Source: Clostridia bacterium
GTDB taxonomy: Bacteria > Bacillota > Clostridia > CAKSNL01 > HGM11501
Length of the DNA stretch: 64,000 bases
NCBI GenBank assembly: GCA_045545475.1
Contig: JAZQAZ010000002.1
Span: 35,071 to 99,070 of the forward strand
Reading direction: 5' to 3'
This document shows positions 9,493 to 19,173 of this stretch, in pieces. A program made the position numbers and the translations under genes. Positions within the stretch are counted from its first letter, which is position 1, and every line of letters starts with the position of its first letter. A model generated the notes under the pieces. The model had not been told where the DNA came from. It saw only the letters and a list, made by a program, of their open reading frames with translations, and ran no database searches.

Positions 9493-10491
9493 ATGAAAAC
9501 AGCTTATCAGTTCAACATTGAAAAAATGCAGGAAGTAAAGCCTTCTATGGCATATCAGGGTAAGGATTTGCTTTCATGGCAGAAGGAAGCAAGAGCGAAG
9601 CTTTCAGAACTTATCGGTCTTCACACCTTCTCTAAGTGTGCACCCGAACTTGAAATTGAATATGAAAAGAAAATTGAAGGTGCTACAGAAATCCGCTTCA
9701 CATACCAGAGTGAAGAGGGCTACAGAGTGCCCTGCCATCTTCTTCTTCCCGATGGAGTAGAAAATCCTCCCGTTATCATCTGCCTTCAGGGACATTCAAC
9801 AGGTATGCATATATCCCTCGGCAACCCCATTTATCCCAATGATGAAGCAACCATCAAAGGCGGCGACAGAGATTTCTGCGTAAGAGCCGTAAAGGAAGGT
9901 TATGCGGCAATCGCTATGGAGCAGAGAAACTTCGGTGAATGTGGCGGTAAGCCCGGTGGAACAGACTGTATGTATTCCGCAGTAACCTGTATGCTTTTCG
10001 GAAGAACAACAGCAGGTGAGAGAGTCTGGGACATACAGAGATTAATTGACCTTCTTGAATCTGATTTTGCTGATAAGGTTGACGTTAAAAATATCTGCCT
10101 TATGGGTAACTCCGGCGGTGGTACAGCAACAGCATATACCGCAGCACTTGAAGACAGAATTGTTCTTGCAATGCCTTCTAGTGCTATGTGTACATATAAG
10201 GATTCTATCGGTGCAATGCCTCATTGCCATTGTAACTTCGTTCCTCATATCGCAGAATACTTCGATATGGGTGACCTTCTTGCAATGTCATACCCCAAGT
10301 ATTATATTCAGGTAAACGGAATTCAGGATAATATTTTCCCGATTAAGGGTGCTGAAGAAGTGTTCGAACAGGGTAAGTCCGCTTACAGAGAAATGGGCGC
10401 AGAAGATAAATTAGCTCACGTTAAAGGCCCCGAAGGTCACCGCTTTTATGCTGATATGGCGTGGCCTTTAGTACATAAATTCATCAAATAA
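9493..10491 (+). CDS. Alpha/beta-fold serine hydrolase (putative carbohydrate esterase)
   Basis: Nucleophile elbow LMGNSGGG, downstream His (GPEGHRFY), and genomic context beside uronate genes. Confidence 0.6.
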   Translation: MKTAYQFNIEKMQEVKPSMAYQGKDLLSWQKEARAKLSELIGLHTFSKCAPELEIEYEKKIEGATEIRFTYQSEEGYRVPCHLLLPDGVENPPVIICLQGHSTGMHISLGNPIYPNDEATIKGGDRDFCVRAVKEGYAAIAMEQRNFGECGGKPGGTDCMYSAVTCMLFGRTTAGERVWDIQRLIDLLESDFADKVDVKNICLMGNSGGGTATAYTAALEDRIVLAMPSSAMCTYKDSIGAMPHCHCNFVPHIAEYFDMGDLLAMSYPKYYIQVNGIQDNIFPIKGAEEVFEQGKSAYREMGAEDKLAHVKGPEGHRFYADMAWPLVHKFIK

Positions 10492-10513
10492 TGAATTTAT
10501 GTACGCGAGCGTA

Positions 10514-10618
10514 GCAAATGGAACAACCATTTGCGAAGCAAGGTTGATGCAGCGTAAAAATGCGAAGAGCATTTTAGCTGTGTCAACTAAATCTTATCAA
10601 AACGCAAATGGCGTTTTG
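10514..10618. repeat. Cluster of three short GC-clamped hairpins (REP-like) in the intergenic region
   Basis: gcaaatgg-aacaa-ccatttgc (10514-10534), aaaatgc-gaaga-gcatttt (10557-10575) and caaaacgc-aaatg-gcgttttg (10598-10618). Confidence 0.6.
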
Positions 10619-10674
10619 CCCACTTTATAGGCAAAACCATATCTAACCATAAACTAACTAAAAGGAGAATCACT

Positions 10675-11961
10675 ATGTTTGCAGGAAAAGAAAAAACAAA
10701 AAGACCTGAACGAGTTATTCAGTTCGGCGAAGGCGGATTTTTAAGAGGCTTTTGTGACTGGATGCTTCAGATTATAAACGAAGAAACCGACTGGAACGGT
10801 AGCGTTACTGTTGTTCAGCCCATTGAAAACGGTATGTGCGAAATGCTTGAGAAGCAGGATTGCATGTACACCCACGTTATAAGAGGCGTTGAAGGCGTTG
10901 ATACAAAGTTAATCGACGTAATTTCAAGATGTGTAAATCCCTATGCGGATTACGATGCATATCTTGCACTGGCAGAAAATCCCGACTTCCGTTTTGTTAT
11001 TTCAAACACAACAGAAGCAGGTATAAGCTATAATGAGGGCGATAAGCTAACAGACCGTCCCCAGAAATCCTTCCCCGCTAAGGTAACAGCCCTTCTTAAA
11101 AAGAGATTTGACTTAAAGCTTCCCGGATTTATTTTCCTTCCCTGCGAGCTTATTGAAAAGAACGGCACAACACTTAAGGAAATCATCCTCCGCTATGCGG
11201 ACGAGTGGAATTTAGGCGATGACTTCAAGACCTTTGTTGAAAAGGAAAACGTGTTCTGTAACACATTGGTTGACAGAATCAACACAGGCTTCCCCAAGGG
11301 TGAGGATTTAGGTCTCGGCTACGAAGACAATATGTTAAATACCTCCGAGTATTTCCACCTTTGGGTAATCGAAGGACCTTCGGATAAGGTTTTAGAAATT
11401 CCATTTGATAAGACAGACCTTAATGTAATCGTTACCGACGATATGACGATGTATCGCACAAGAAAGGTAAGAATCTTAAACGGTGCACACACTGCAATGA
11501 TTCCCTATGCACTTCTTAAGGGCGTTGAAACCGTTGGAGACTGTATGGCAGATGAAACTATGAGCACCTTTGACAAGGCTTGTGTATATGATGAAATCAT
11601 TCCCACACTTGACCTTCCCAAGGAAGAACTTTTATCCTACGCTGACAGCGTGTTTGAGCGTTTTGCAAACCCCTATATCAGACACTTCTGCTCATCCATT
11701 TCCTTAAACTCCGTAAGTAAGTTCAAGGTAAGAGTGTTGCCTTCACTTCTTGAATATATCAAGAGATATGGAAAAATGCCCGAAAAGCTTTTATTCTCCT
11801 TTGCAAGACTTATCGAGTTTTATAAAACCGATATGCCCAACGACGACAAGGACGTTATGGAGTTTATGAAGAAGGCAACTGTTGCCGAAATTCTCAAAAA
11901 CGACAAGCTCTGGGGCGAAGACTTAAGCTTCTTATGTGGCGAAGTTGAAAAGTATATATAA
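10675..11961 (+). CDS. uxaB: Tagaturonate reductase (altronate oxidoreductase), mannitol dehydrogenase family
   Basis: The N-terminus RPERVIQFGEGGFLRGFCDWMLQIINEETDWNGSVTVVQPI matches the UxaB signature as I recall it from E. coli UxaB. RBS: aaaaggag. Confidence 0.85.
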   Translation: MFAGKEKTKRPERVIQFGEGGFLRGFCDWMLQIINEETDWNGSVTVVQPIENGMCEMLEKQDCMYTHVIRGVEGVDTKLIDVISRCVNPYADYDAYLALAENPDFRFVISNTTEAGISYNEGDKLTDRPQKSFPAKVTALLKKRFDLKLPGFIFLPCELIEKNGTTLKEIILRYADEWNLGDDFKTFVEKENVFCNTLVDRINTGFPKGEDLGLGYEDNMLNTSEYFHLWVIEGPSDKVLEIPFDKTDLNVIVTDDMTMYRTRKVRILNGAHTAMIPYALLKGVETVGDCMADETMSTFDKACVYDEIIPTLDLPKEELLSYADSVFERFANPYIRHFCSSISLNSVSKFKVRVLPSLLEYIKRYGKMPEKLLFSFARLIEFYKTDMPNDDKDVMEFMKKATVAEILKNDKLWGEDLSFLCGEVEKYI

Positions 11962-11974
11962 AGGGTATGATCAT

Positions 11975-13345
11975 ATGAAAATCAATAAACTTGACAATGT
12001 GGATGTAAACCTTGCCGATGGCCATAAATATGCCGACAGGGATATAAAGATGGGGGAGAACATTATAAAATACGGTTGCCCCATAGGTCACGCTACAAGC
12101 GATATCAAAAAAGGTGAACACGTCCACACACACAACGTAAAAACCAATCTTAAGGACAATCTTACATACGAATACAATCCGAAGTTTTACGACCTTCCCG
12201 AAGGCGATAAAACAAAAACCTTTATGGGTTATGTGAGAAAGAACGGCGACGTCGGTATAAGAAACGATGTGTGGATAGTAAACACGGTCGGCTGTGTAAA
12301 CAAAGTTGCTGAGAAAATTGCAGCTGCAACGGGTGCACTTTTCTTCCCTCATCCTTTCGGATGCTCCCAGCTTGGAGATGACCAGGATGTCACACAGAAA
12401 ATCCTTAAGGGAATGATAAATCATCCCAATGCCGCAGGCGTTTTGGTGCTTGGCTTGGGTTGCGAAAACAACAACATTGGTGAAATGAAAAAGGTGCTTG
12501 GCACCTGGGACGATGAAAGGGTTAAGTTCTTAATCACTCAGGAGTGCGAGGACGATGTGGCAGAAGGTATCAAAATAGTAAAAGAACTTCAGGCATATGC
12601 CGATACCTTTAAAAGACAGCCAGTTAGTGTATCCGCACTTAAGGTTGGCTTAAAGTGCGGCGGAAGCGACGGTTATTCGGGTATCACCGCAAATCCCTTG
12701 GTTGGTAGAGCGTCGGATAAACTTATTTCCATGGGTGCAAGCTGTATTTTAACAGAGGTTCCCGAAATGTTCGGAGCTGAACATTTGCTTATGGAAAGAG
12801 CTGAAAACGAAGAAATTTTCAATAAGACAGTCAGTCTTATAAATGACTTTAAGGACTATTTCACACGTCACGGTCAGGTGATTTACGAAAATCCCTCTCC
12901 CGGAAACAAGGCGGGCGGAATAACAACCCTTGAAGAAAAGTCATTGGGATGCGTTCAGAAGGGCGGTCTTTCCAAGGTTGTTGACGTATTAACCTACGGC
13001 GACACCGTTACCAAAAACGGTCTTTCCCTTCTTAACGGACCCGGAAATGATATCGTTGCAATAACAAACCTTATGGCATCGGGCGTACATATCATTCTCT
13101 TTACAACAGGTCGCGGTACACCCGTTGGCTCAAGCGTTCCCACGGTTAAAATTTCCACCAATGAAAACCTCTACAAGCACAAGAAAAACTGGATTGACTT
13201 TGATGCAAGCCCCACACTTAAGGGTCTTGACTTGTCAGATGAGCTTGTTTCCTACATCATAGAAGTTGCAGAGGGCAAAGAAACAATGAACGAAATTAAC
13301 GGATACAGAGAAATTTCAATATTTAAGGATGGTGTAACATTATGA
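11975..13345 (+). CDS. uxaA: Altronate dehydratase
   Basis: SAF-like N-terminus (KINKLDNVDVNLADG..IIKYGCPIGHATSDIKKGEHVHTHNVKTNL) and a large dehydratase C-domain. The start is trimmed to the ATG at 11975, downstream of the uxaB stop. Confidence 0.88.
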   Translation: MKINKLDNVDVNLADGHKYADRDIKMGENIIKYGCPIGHATSDIKKGEHVHTHNVKTNLKDNLTYEYNPKFYDLPEGDKTKTFMGYVRKNGDVGIRNDVWIVNTVGCVNKVAEKIAAATGALFFPHPFGCSQLGDDQDVTQKILKGMINHPNAAGVLVLGLGCENNNIGEMKKVLGTWDDERVKFLITQECEDDVAEGIKIVKELQAYADTFKRQPVSVSALKVGLKCGGSDGYSGITANPLVGRASDKLISMGASCILTEVPEMFGAEHLLMERAENEEIFNKTVSLINDFKDYFTRHGQVIYENPSPGNKAGGITTLEEKSLGCVQKGGLSKVVDVLTYGDTVTKNGLSLLNGPGNDIVAITNLMASGVHIILFTTGRGTPVGSSVPTVKISTNENLYKHKKNWIDFDASPTLKGLDLSDELVSYIIEVAEGKETMNEINGYREISIFKDGVTL

Positions 13346-14703
13346 GTTTTATCAATGACGATTTCATGCTCAAAAACAAAACAGGTAAGCGTCTTTTCGA
13401 AGAATATGCAAAGGACCTTCCCATAATCGACTACCATTGCCATCTTGTTCCCAAGATGATTGCAGAGAATTATAAGTTTAAGAGCACCTATGATTTGTTC
13501 CTCGGCGGTGACCACTATAAGTGGCGTCAGATGCGTTCAAATGGTGTTCCCGAGGAAGATATTACAGGCTCTACTCCCGATTATGAAAAGTGGTTACAGT
13601 GGGCAAGAACAATGCCTCTTCTTATCGGAAACCCCTTGTATCACTGGACACATCTGGAGCTTAAGAGATATTTTGATATTGATAAGCCTCTTACGGAAGA
13701 AACTGCAAAGGAAATCTGGGATAAGTGTAATAAGCTCCTTGCACGTGACGATTTTTCCGCTCAAGAGTTAATCAAGAAGTCCAACGTTGAAGTTATCTGC
13801 ACAACAGACGATCCAGTTGACAGCCTTGAATACCATCAGCAGCTTAAAGGCTTTTCCACAAAAATTCTTCCTACCTTCCGTCCTGATAAAATTGTGGAAA
13901 TCAATAAGGAAACTTTCCTTCCTTATCTTGAAACTTCAAATGTAAAGACATTTGAAGACGTTCTTCATTTCCTTACAGAGAGAATTGAATTCTTCCATTC
14001 TGTAGGCTGCCGTCTTTCCGACCACGCTCTTGAATATGTACCCTTTGGCATCGGCGATGCTAAGGCTGTATTTGAAAAGAAGGTTAACGGTGGGGTTGTT
14101 ACCTATGAGGAAGAAAACATCTATAAGACAGCGGTACTTAAGCACTGTGCATCAGAGTACGTAAAGCGTGACTGGACAATGCAGCTTCATATCGGTGCTC
14201 TTCGTAACAACAACAGAAAGATGTATGAAAAGCTTGGTCCCGACACTGGCTTTGACTCCATCAACGACCTTTGTATAGCTGAAAAGCTTTCTGCATTCTT
14301 GGGAAATCTTGAGTATGATTATGTTCTTCCTAAGACCATACTCTACACCCTTAATCCCAAGGACAACTTCGTAATCGGCACAATGCTGGGTAACTTCCAG
14401 AAGGCACCCACAGCAGGTAAAATCCAGTTCGGCTCCGGCTGGTGGTTCAACGATCACCGTGACGGTATGGAAGCTCAGATGATGGCTCTTGCAAACCTTG
14501 GCGTACTGGGAAGATTCGTTGGTATGCTTACAGACTCAAGAAGCTTCGTATCCTATACAAGACACGAGTATTTCAGAAGAATACTTTGTAATATGATTGG
14601 TAAGTGGGTAGAAGAGGGCGAATATCCCAACGATAAGGCATCATTAAAGAGAATTATCGAAGGAATCTCCTACTACAACGCAAAGGAATATTTTAAGTTT
14701 TAA
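13342..14703 (+). CDS. uxaC: Glucuronate/galacturonate isomerase
   Basis: Motif LPIIDYHCHL, about 450 aa in length, and a 4-nt ATGA overlap with uxaA. Confidence 0.9.
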   Translation: MSFINDDFMLKNKTGKRLFEEYAKDLPIIDYHCHLVPKMIAENYKFKSTYDLFLGGDHYKWRQMRSNGVPEEDITGSTPDYEKWLQWARTMPLLIGNPLYHWTHLELKRYFDIDKPLTEETAKEIWDKCNKLLARDDFSAQELIKKSNVEVICTTDDPVDSLEYHQQLKGFSTKILPTFRPDKIVEINKETFLPYLETSNVKTFEDVLHFLTERIEFFHSVGCRLSDHALEYVPFGIGDAKAVFEKKVNGGVVTYEEENIYKTAVLKHCASEYVKRDWTMQLHIGALRNNNRKMYEKLGPDTGFDSINDLCIAEKLSAFLGNLEYDYVLPKTILYTLNPKDNFVIGTMLGNFQKAPTAGKIQFGSGWWFNDHRDGMEAQMMALANLGVLGRFVGMLTDSRSFVSYTRHEYFRRILCNMIGKWVEEGEYPNDKASLKRIIEGISYYNAKEYFKF

Positions 14704-14704
14704 T

Positions 14705-14741
14705 AAAAAAATGTAGAATGCTTTGCATTCTACATTTTTTT
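14705..14741 (+). terminator. Rho-independent terminator
   Basis: atgtagaatgc-ttt-gcattctacat followed by a T7 run. Confidence 0.85.
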
Positions 14742-14771
14742 CAATCTCCTGCAAAAGGGGCTGTAATTATT

Positions 14772-15584
14772 TTACAGCTCCTTTTTTCTGTATTCGCTTG
14801 GCGGTATTTTATATCTTTTTTTAAAAAGTCTGCTGAAATACAGGGGATCGGAAAATCCCACGGATATGGCAATTTCCGTTATGGTGTTTTTTGTTGATAA
14901 AAGCATTTCGGCGGCAGTTTTAAGGCGGATTTCATTTTGGTATTTAATCGGTGTCATACCGGTGATTTCCGAAAAGAGGTGGGAAAAGCGGCCCATGGAA
15001 TAACCTGCTTTTTTGGAGAGAAAGCTTAGCGAAAGATTCTTTTCATAATTTAAGTTTATATAGGTTAAAACAGGAAGTATGCTGTTTTGAAGTTCACTTC
15101 TTACGGGCGTTTTTACGGCTTCTTCAATGTTATATATAAGCTCAAGAAATGATGCAATACAAAGCTTTTTGCCCCTGGGTGAATTTCTTCGCTGAATCAT
15201 TTCGGTAAATGAATCACTTACTGCTTTGGATGATGAAATCAGATATACGCCACCTGAGAGAGAGGATGCGGATAAAATTTCCTCAATGGCGCTTCCTGTA
15301 AAATGACACCAGAAGGATGAGCTTGCGGCGCCCAATATATATTTTTGCTTTTGTCCCGGGGTGTATATCACAAAATTTCCCTCGGAAAAGTCAAAGGCTT
15401 CATTTTCATAGAAAACCGTACAGTTTCCTTTGATGAGGAGCAAAATGTGATAGTCCTTTCTTCCGTCTTCGCGGATTACGGTACAGCTGCTTGAAAGATT
15501 CTGAATTCCGGCACTGTTGATTTTTATATATTCGTCGGACTTTTCGTCTGTTTTATCCATATGCTTTCCGTCATAAATTCGCAT
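14772..15584 (-). CDS. AraC-family transcriptional regulator
   Basis: HTH: LSFLSKKAGYSMGRFSHLFSEITGMTP..IAISVGFSDPLYFSRLFKKRYKIPPSEYR. The start is trimmed to MRIYDG (ATG at 15584) with RBS aaggtga. Confidence 0.85.
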   Translation of the reverse strand: MRIYDGKHMDKTDEKSDEYIKINSAGIQNLSSSCTVIREDGRKDYHILLLIKGNCTVFYENEAFDFSEGNFVIYTPGQKQKYILGAASSSFWCHFTGSAIEEILSASSLSGGVYLISSSKAVSDSFTEMIQRRNSPRGKKLCIASFLELIYNIEEAVKTPVRSELQNSILPVLTYINLNYEKNLSLSFLSKKAGYSMGRFSHLFSEITGMTPIKYQNEIRLKTAAEMLLSTKNTITEIAISVGFSDPLYFSRLFKKRYKIPPSEYRKKEL

Positions 15585-15705
15585 AATTATCACCTTATTT
15601 TGAATTATTGTAGCATAGAACAGCATTTTTGTCCATATGGATTTTCATATTGTGCATAGACTTACAGGCTTGTTTTTGTTATATTCATAAAGAGGAGGCG
15701 TTAAT

Positions 15706-17019
15706 ATGAAAAAAATAGCTTTTATCGGGGCGGGAAGCCTGCAGTTTACATCAAGCTGTGTCCGCGATTTACTGACCTTTCCTGCATTTTCCGAATGCGA
15801 ATTTGCCCTTATGGATATTAATGAGGAAAATCTCAAAAACATCACGGGTGTGGTTAATACCATAATAGAAAAAATGAATTGTCCTGGCTGTAAGGTAAGT
15901 GCAACAACAAACAGAGCAGAAGCACTGAAGGATGCCGACGGTGTGCTTTGTACCGTCTTCAATGGGGATGTTGATATATGGCAATATGATATCACAATCC
16001 CGAAAAAATACGGAGTGGATATAAACGTGGGGGACACAAGAAGCGTATCAGGTATTTTCAGAGCGCTTCGGAATATTCCTTTAATGCTTGATATATGTAA
16101 GGATATTGAAAGGTATTGCCCCAATGCGGTTTTTCTTAACTATACCAATCCTATGTCCATGCTTTGCGGTGCTATGCAGAAATACTCTTCGGTAGAAGTG
16201 ACGGGCCTTTGCCACAGTGTTCAGGGGACTGTGAAAACCTTGGCAAAATGGCTTTCCGTTCCTTATGAAGAAATTGAGTATAAATGTATGGGCGTAAACC
16301 ATCAGGCGTTTTATACGGTACTGAAGCATAAGGGAGAGGATCTTTATCCCCGCCTTCTGAGGCTTATGGAAAATCCCGATATTTTTAATATAGAACAGGT
16401 GAGAAACGAGATGTTCTTAAAGCTTGGCTATTATGTGACGGAATCCAGCGGACACAATTCGGAGTATAACGGGTGGTTTCGTAAAAGACCTGATTTAATT
16501 GAAAAATACTGCACCCACGGCACAAACTGGAATCCGGGCGAATATGCTTTTTCATTGAAAATACGGCAAAGGCGAAAGGAAAATCCTAAAGCTCAGTATG
16601 AAAGATGGTATAAAGAGGAGTTTTCAAAGAAAAAAAGTATTGAATATGCAGCAGATATATTCAATGCCAGATTCGGGGACGGACGGCCCTTTATATTCAA
16701 CGGTAATGTGCAAAACTGCGGTTCAATTAAAAACCTTCCTTATGATGCCTGCGTAGAAGTTCCGGTGGTGGCAGACAGAATGGGCTTTAAGACCACTATC
16801 GCGGGAGAGCTTCCGCCACATCTTGCCATATTGGTAAATACCACGGCGATGATTGAAAATCTCGTGATTGAAGCAGCAATGGAAAAGTCAAAGGAAATGG
16901 TTTACAGGGCTGTGTACAACGATCCTTTAACCTCAGCTGTATGCTCGCTGGATGAAATTAAAAATATGTGCGATGAATTATTCACGGCAAATCAGGACTT
17001 TTTAGGAGATTATAAATAA
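15706..17019 (+). CDS. Family 4 glycoside hydrolase (NAD/Mn-dependent), possibly an alpha-galacturonidase/alpha-glucuronidase given its context
   Basis: N-terminal MKKIAFIGAGSLQFT dinucleotide-binding motif, the GH4-type TGLCHSVQG motif, and RBS agaggagg. Confidence 0.8.
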   Translation: MKKIAFIGAGSLQFTSSCVRDLLTFPAFSECEFALMDINEENLKNITGVVNTIIEKMNCPGCKVSATTNRAEALKDADGVLCTVFNGDVDIWQYDITIPKKYGVDINVGDTRSVSGIFRALRNIPLMLDICKDIERYCPNAVFLNYTNPMSMLCGAMQKYSSVEVTGLCHSVQGTVKTLAKWLSVPYEEIEYKCMGVNHQAFYTVLKHKGEDLYPRLLRLMENPDIFNIEQVRNEMFLKLGYYVTESSGHNSEYNGWFRKRPDLIEKYCTHGTNWNPGEYAFSLKIRQRRKENPKAQYERWYKEEFSKKKSIEYAADIFNARFGDGRPFIFNGNVQNCGSIKNLPYDACVEVPVVADRMGFKTTIAGELPPHLAILVNTTAMIENLVIEAAMEKSKEMVYRAVYNDPLTSAVCSLDEIKNMCDELFTANQDFLGDYK

Positions 17020-17051
17020 AATAACGGCACCCACAGGGTGCCGTTATTTTT
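17019..17051. terminator. Bidirectional hairpin terminator
   Basis: ataacggcaccc-aca-gggtgccgttat with flanking A and T runs, between convergent genes. Confidence 0.8.
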
Positions 17052-17057
17052 GCTTTT

Positions 17058-17891
17058 TTATTCAGATAACATTTTGCAAAGCTCTGGGATAACGGGCTCA
17101 AATGCGGCGCCGTACCAGTGATTATCCAATGTGGCTGTGTACTTTATCGCAAGATAGGTATAGTCTGCGGCGATTTTAGAAGCTTCATAAGCTGTCCTTC
17201 CGCGAAGGAGTGCACCGGAAAAAGCAGAAGCGAAAATATCACCTGTTCCGTGACAGCTGTTAGGAAGCTTTTCATGTTCGTAGTAGGAATATTCTCCGTT
17301 TTCAAAAACAACAACTCCGGTTTTTCCTTTTTCATAGGAAATTCCCGTAAAGATTATGTTTTTGCAGCCTGCATCCGTAAGCTTTTTAATTAAGGAATCA
17401 ACATAAGCTCTATCGTAAGTTTCCTTATATTCCGTATCTGTCATAAAGCAGGCCTCGGTGATGTTGGGAAGTATGTAGTCGGCATCACGGCAAAGGGAAA
17501 GCATTTCCTTTGCATAAACTTCGTCAAAGCCATAGTAAAGCTTGCCGTTATCTGCCATTGCAGGGTCAACTATCTTCAATGAGTCCTCCTTTGAAACCGC
17601 AGAAAAGATGTCTTTTACATAACCAATCTGCTTGGTGCTTCCTAAATATCCTGTATATATGGCATCAAAGGAAATTCCTTCTTTAACCCAATGGTCTTTT
17701 ATTCCGGGCAGGTCTTCCGTAAGATCGCGGAAGGTAAAGTCCGTAAATCCGCCGGTGTGGGTGGATAAAACCGCAGAGGGGAGAATGGAACACTCTACTC
17801 CGCAGGCGGAAACGATTGGGAGTGCAACGGTCATTGAACATTGACCTACGCAGGAAATATCCTGAATGGTAAGAAGTCTTTTATAGCTCAT
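17058..17891 (-). CDS. pdxK: Pyridoxal/pyridoxamine kinase (ribokinase superfamily)
   Basis: N-terminus LTIQDISCVGQCSMTVALPIVSACG. C-terminal GTGDIFASAF anion-hole motif. RBS: aagggg. Confidence 0.8.
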   Translation of the reverse strand: MSYKRLLTIQDISCVGQCSMTVALPIVSACGVECSILPSAVLSTHTGGFTDFTFRDLTEDLPGIKDHWVKEGISFDAIYTGYLGSTKQIGYVKDIFSAVSKEDSLKIVDPAMADNGKLYYGFDEVYAKEMLSLCRDADYILPNITEACFMTDTEYKETYDRAYVDSLIKKLTDAGCKNIIFTGISYEKGKTGVVVFENGEYSYYEHEKLPNSCHGTGDIFASAFSGALLRGRTAYEASKIAADYTYLAIKYTATLDNHWYGAAFEPVIPELCKMLSE

Positions 17892-17983
17892 AAAAATGCC
17901 CCTTTACAAATTTTGTTTTCTGTATTATAATATTAATCTGATAATATGTAAATAATCAAAAAAGGAGAATTTTATATAACCAG

Positions 17984-19042
17984 ATGAAAGAGAAAAAATA
18001 TTTGGATGTATATAAGAAAATAAAAAATAAAATAACCGAAGGTGAGCTTAAAAAAGGAGAAAAGTTACCATCCAAGCGTGTTACGGCTGAAAAGGAGAAT
18101 GTCAGCGTAATAACCGTGGAAAAGGCATACGGTATGCTGACGGACGAAGGCTATATAACACCGAAAGAGCGAAGCGGATATTTTGTGTCCGACATTGAAG
18201 TGCTAAAGGACCGAGAGGAAGAAAGCAAAAAAAGCATAACTTATCTTTCGGAGGAGACTGGCGAAATTTCGGAATTTGAATATTCGCTGTGGTTTAAGAC
18301 CGTAAGAAAGGTAATTTCTGAAAAAGGTGAGCTTCTTTTCCGTAAAGCACCCGGAAGGGGATGTGCCGTTTTAAGAAACTCAATAGCATCCTACCTTTTA
18401 AGATATCGTGGAATTTTCACTTCGCCTGAGAATATAATAATCGGCTCCGGTGCGGAGCAGCTCTATGCTTCGGCGGTGAAAGTGCTTGGCAGAGATAAAA
18501 TTTACGGAATAGAAAATCCATCATATTCACAGATTGAAGCGGTGTATCGGGGAGAGGGCGTAAAAATAAAAAAGCTTAAAATGGGAAATGACGGCATAAG
18601 GTCAGAAGAGCTTGTAAATGGTGGCTTTGATGTGCTTCATGTGACACCTTTTAAAAGCTTCCCTTCCAATGTCACCACCTCGGCAGGTAAAAGGTATGAA
18701 TATCTTTCATGGGCGATGAAAAAGGGATTTATCATAGAGGACGATTTTGGAAGCGAATTTTTTGCTCCCGGTGCAAGCCGCGAAACATTGTATTCCATGA
18801 ATAAGGGGAAAAATGTTTTATACATAAACACCTTTTCAAAAAGCCTTTCGCCGTCTATGAGAATAGGGTATATGATTCTGCCGGGCAGCTTATCTGATAA
18901 ATACGAAAAAGAACTTGGTGCCTTTTCCTGCTCGGTGCCGGTACTTGACCAGTATGTGCTTTCAGAGTTTATTGATAGCGGAAGCTTTGAACGCCACGTC
19001 AACCGTATGAGACGAAAGATAAATAAAGACTTGACAAAATAA
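17984..19042 (+). CDS. GntR/MocR-family regulator (wHTH plus a PLP aminotransferase-like domain), PdxR-like, unusually short
   Basis: wHTH: LPSKRVTAEKENVSVITVEKAYGMLTDEGYI. Aminotransferase-fold PLP-lysine motif NTFSKSLSPSMRIGY (Lys at about residue 286). The gene is divergent from pdxK. Only about 66 aa follow the PLP lysine. Confidence 0.7.
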   Translation: MKEKKYLDVYKKIKNKITEGELKKGEKLPSKRVTAEKENVSVITVEKAYGMLTDEGYITPKERSGYFVSDIEVLKDREEESKKSITYLSEETGEISEFEYSLWFKTVRKVISEKGELLFRKAPGRGCAVLRNSIASYLLRYRGIFTSPENIIIGSGAEQLYASAVKVLGRDKIYGIENPSYSQIEAVYRGEGVKIKKLKMGNDGIRSEELVNGGFDVLHVTPFKSFPSNVTTSAGKRYEYLSWAMKKGFIIEDDFGSEFFAPGASRETLYSMNKGKNVLYINTFSKSLSPSMRIGYMILPGSLSDKYEKELGAFSCSVPVLDQYVLSEFIDSGSFERHVNRMRRKINKDLTK

Positions 19043-19058
19043 AATTTTGTAGTATAAT
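19031..19058 (+). promoter_or_regulatory. Sigma-70-type promoter driving the TPP riboswitch
   Basis: TTGACA (19031-19036), 16 nt, TATAAT (19053-19058). The -35 box lies inside the last codons of the upstream regulator gene. Confidence 0.65.
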
Positions 19059-19065
19059 GAATTCA

Positions 19066-19165
19066 GCAAAAGGGGGAGCTTGCGCATGCAAGCTGAGAGT
19101 AAGCGTAATGCCGCTTAGACCCGTATAACCTGATTTGGGTAATGCCAACGAAGGGATAATAGCTT
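19066..19165 (+). promoter_or_regulatory. TPP (THI-box) riboswitch aptamer
   Basis: The conserved elements are visible: gggggagc..ctgagag..agaccc..aacctgatttgggtaatgccaacgaaggga. Confidence 0.85.
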
Positions 19166-19173
19166 AGCTTTCA

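Noticed and set aside
17892-17983. Looked for direct-repeat PdxR-type operator sites in the pdxK/regulator divergent intergenic region.
   Set aside because: The region is extremely AT-rich and no convincing repeated motif stands out by eye. A motif search with orthologous regions would be needed.
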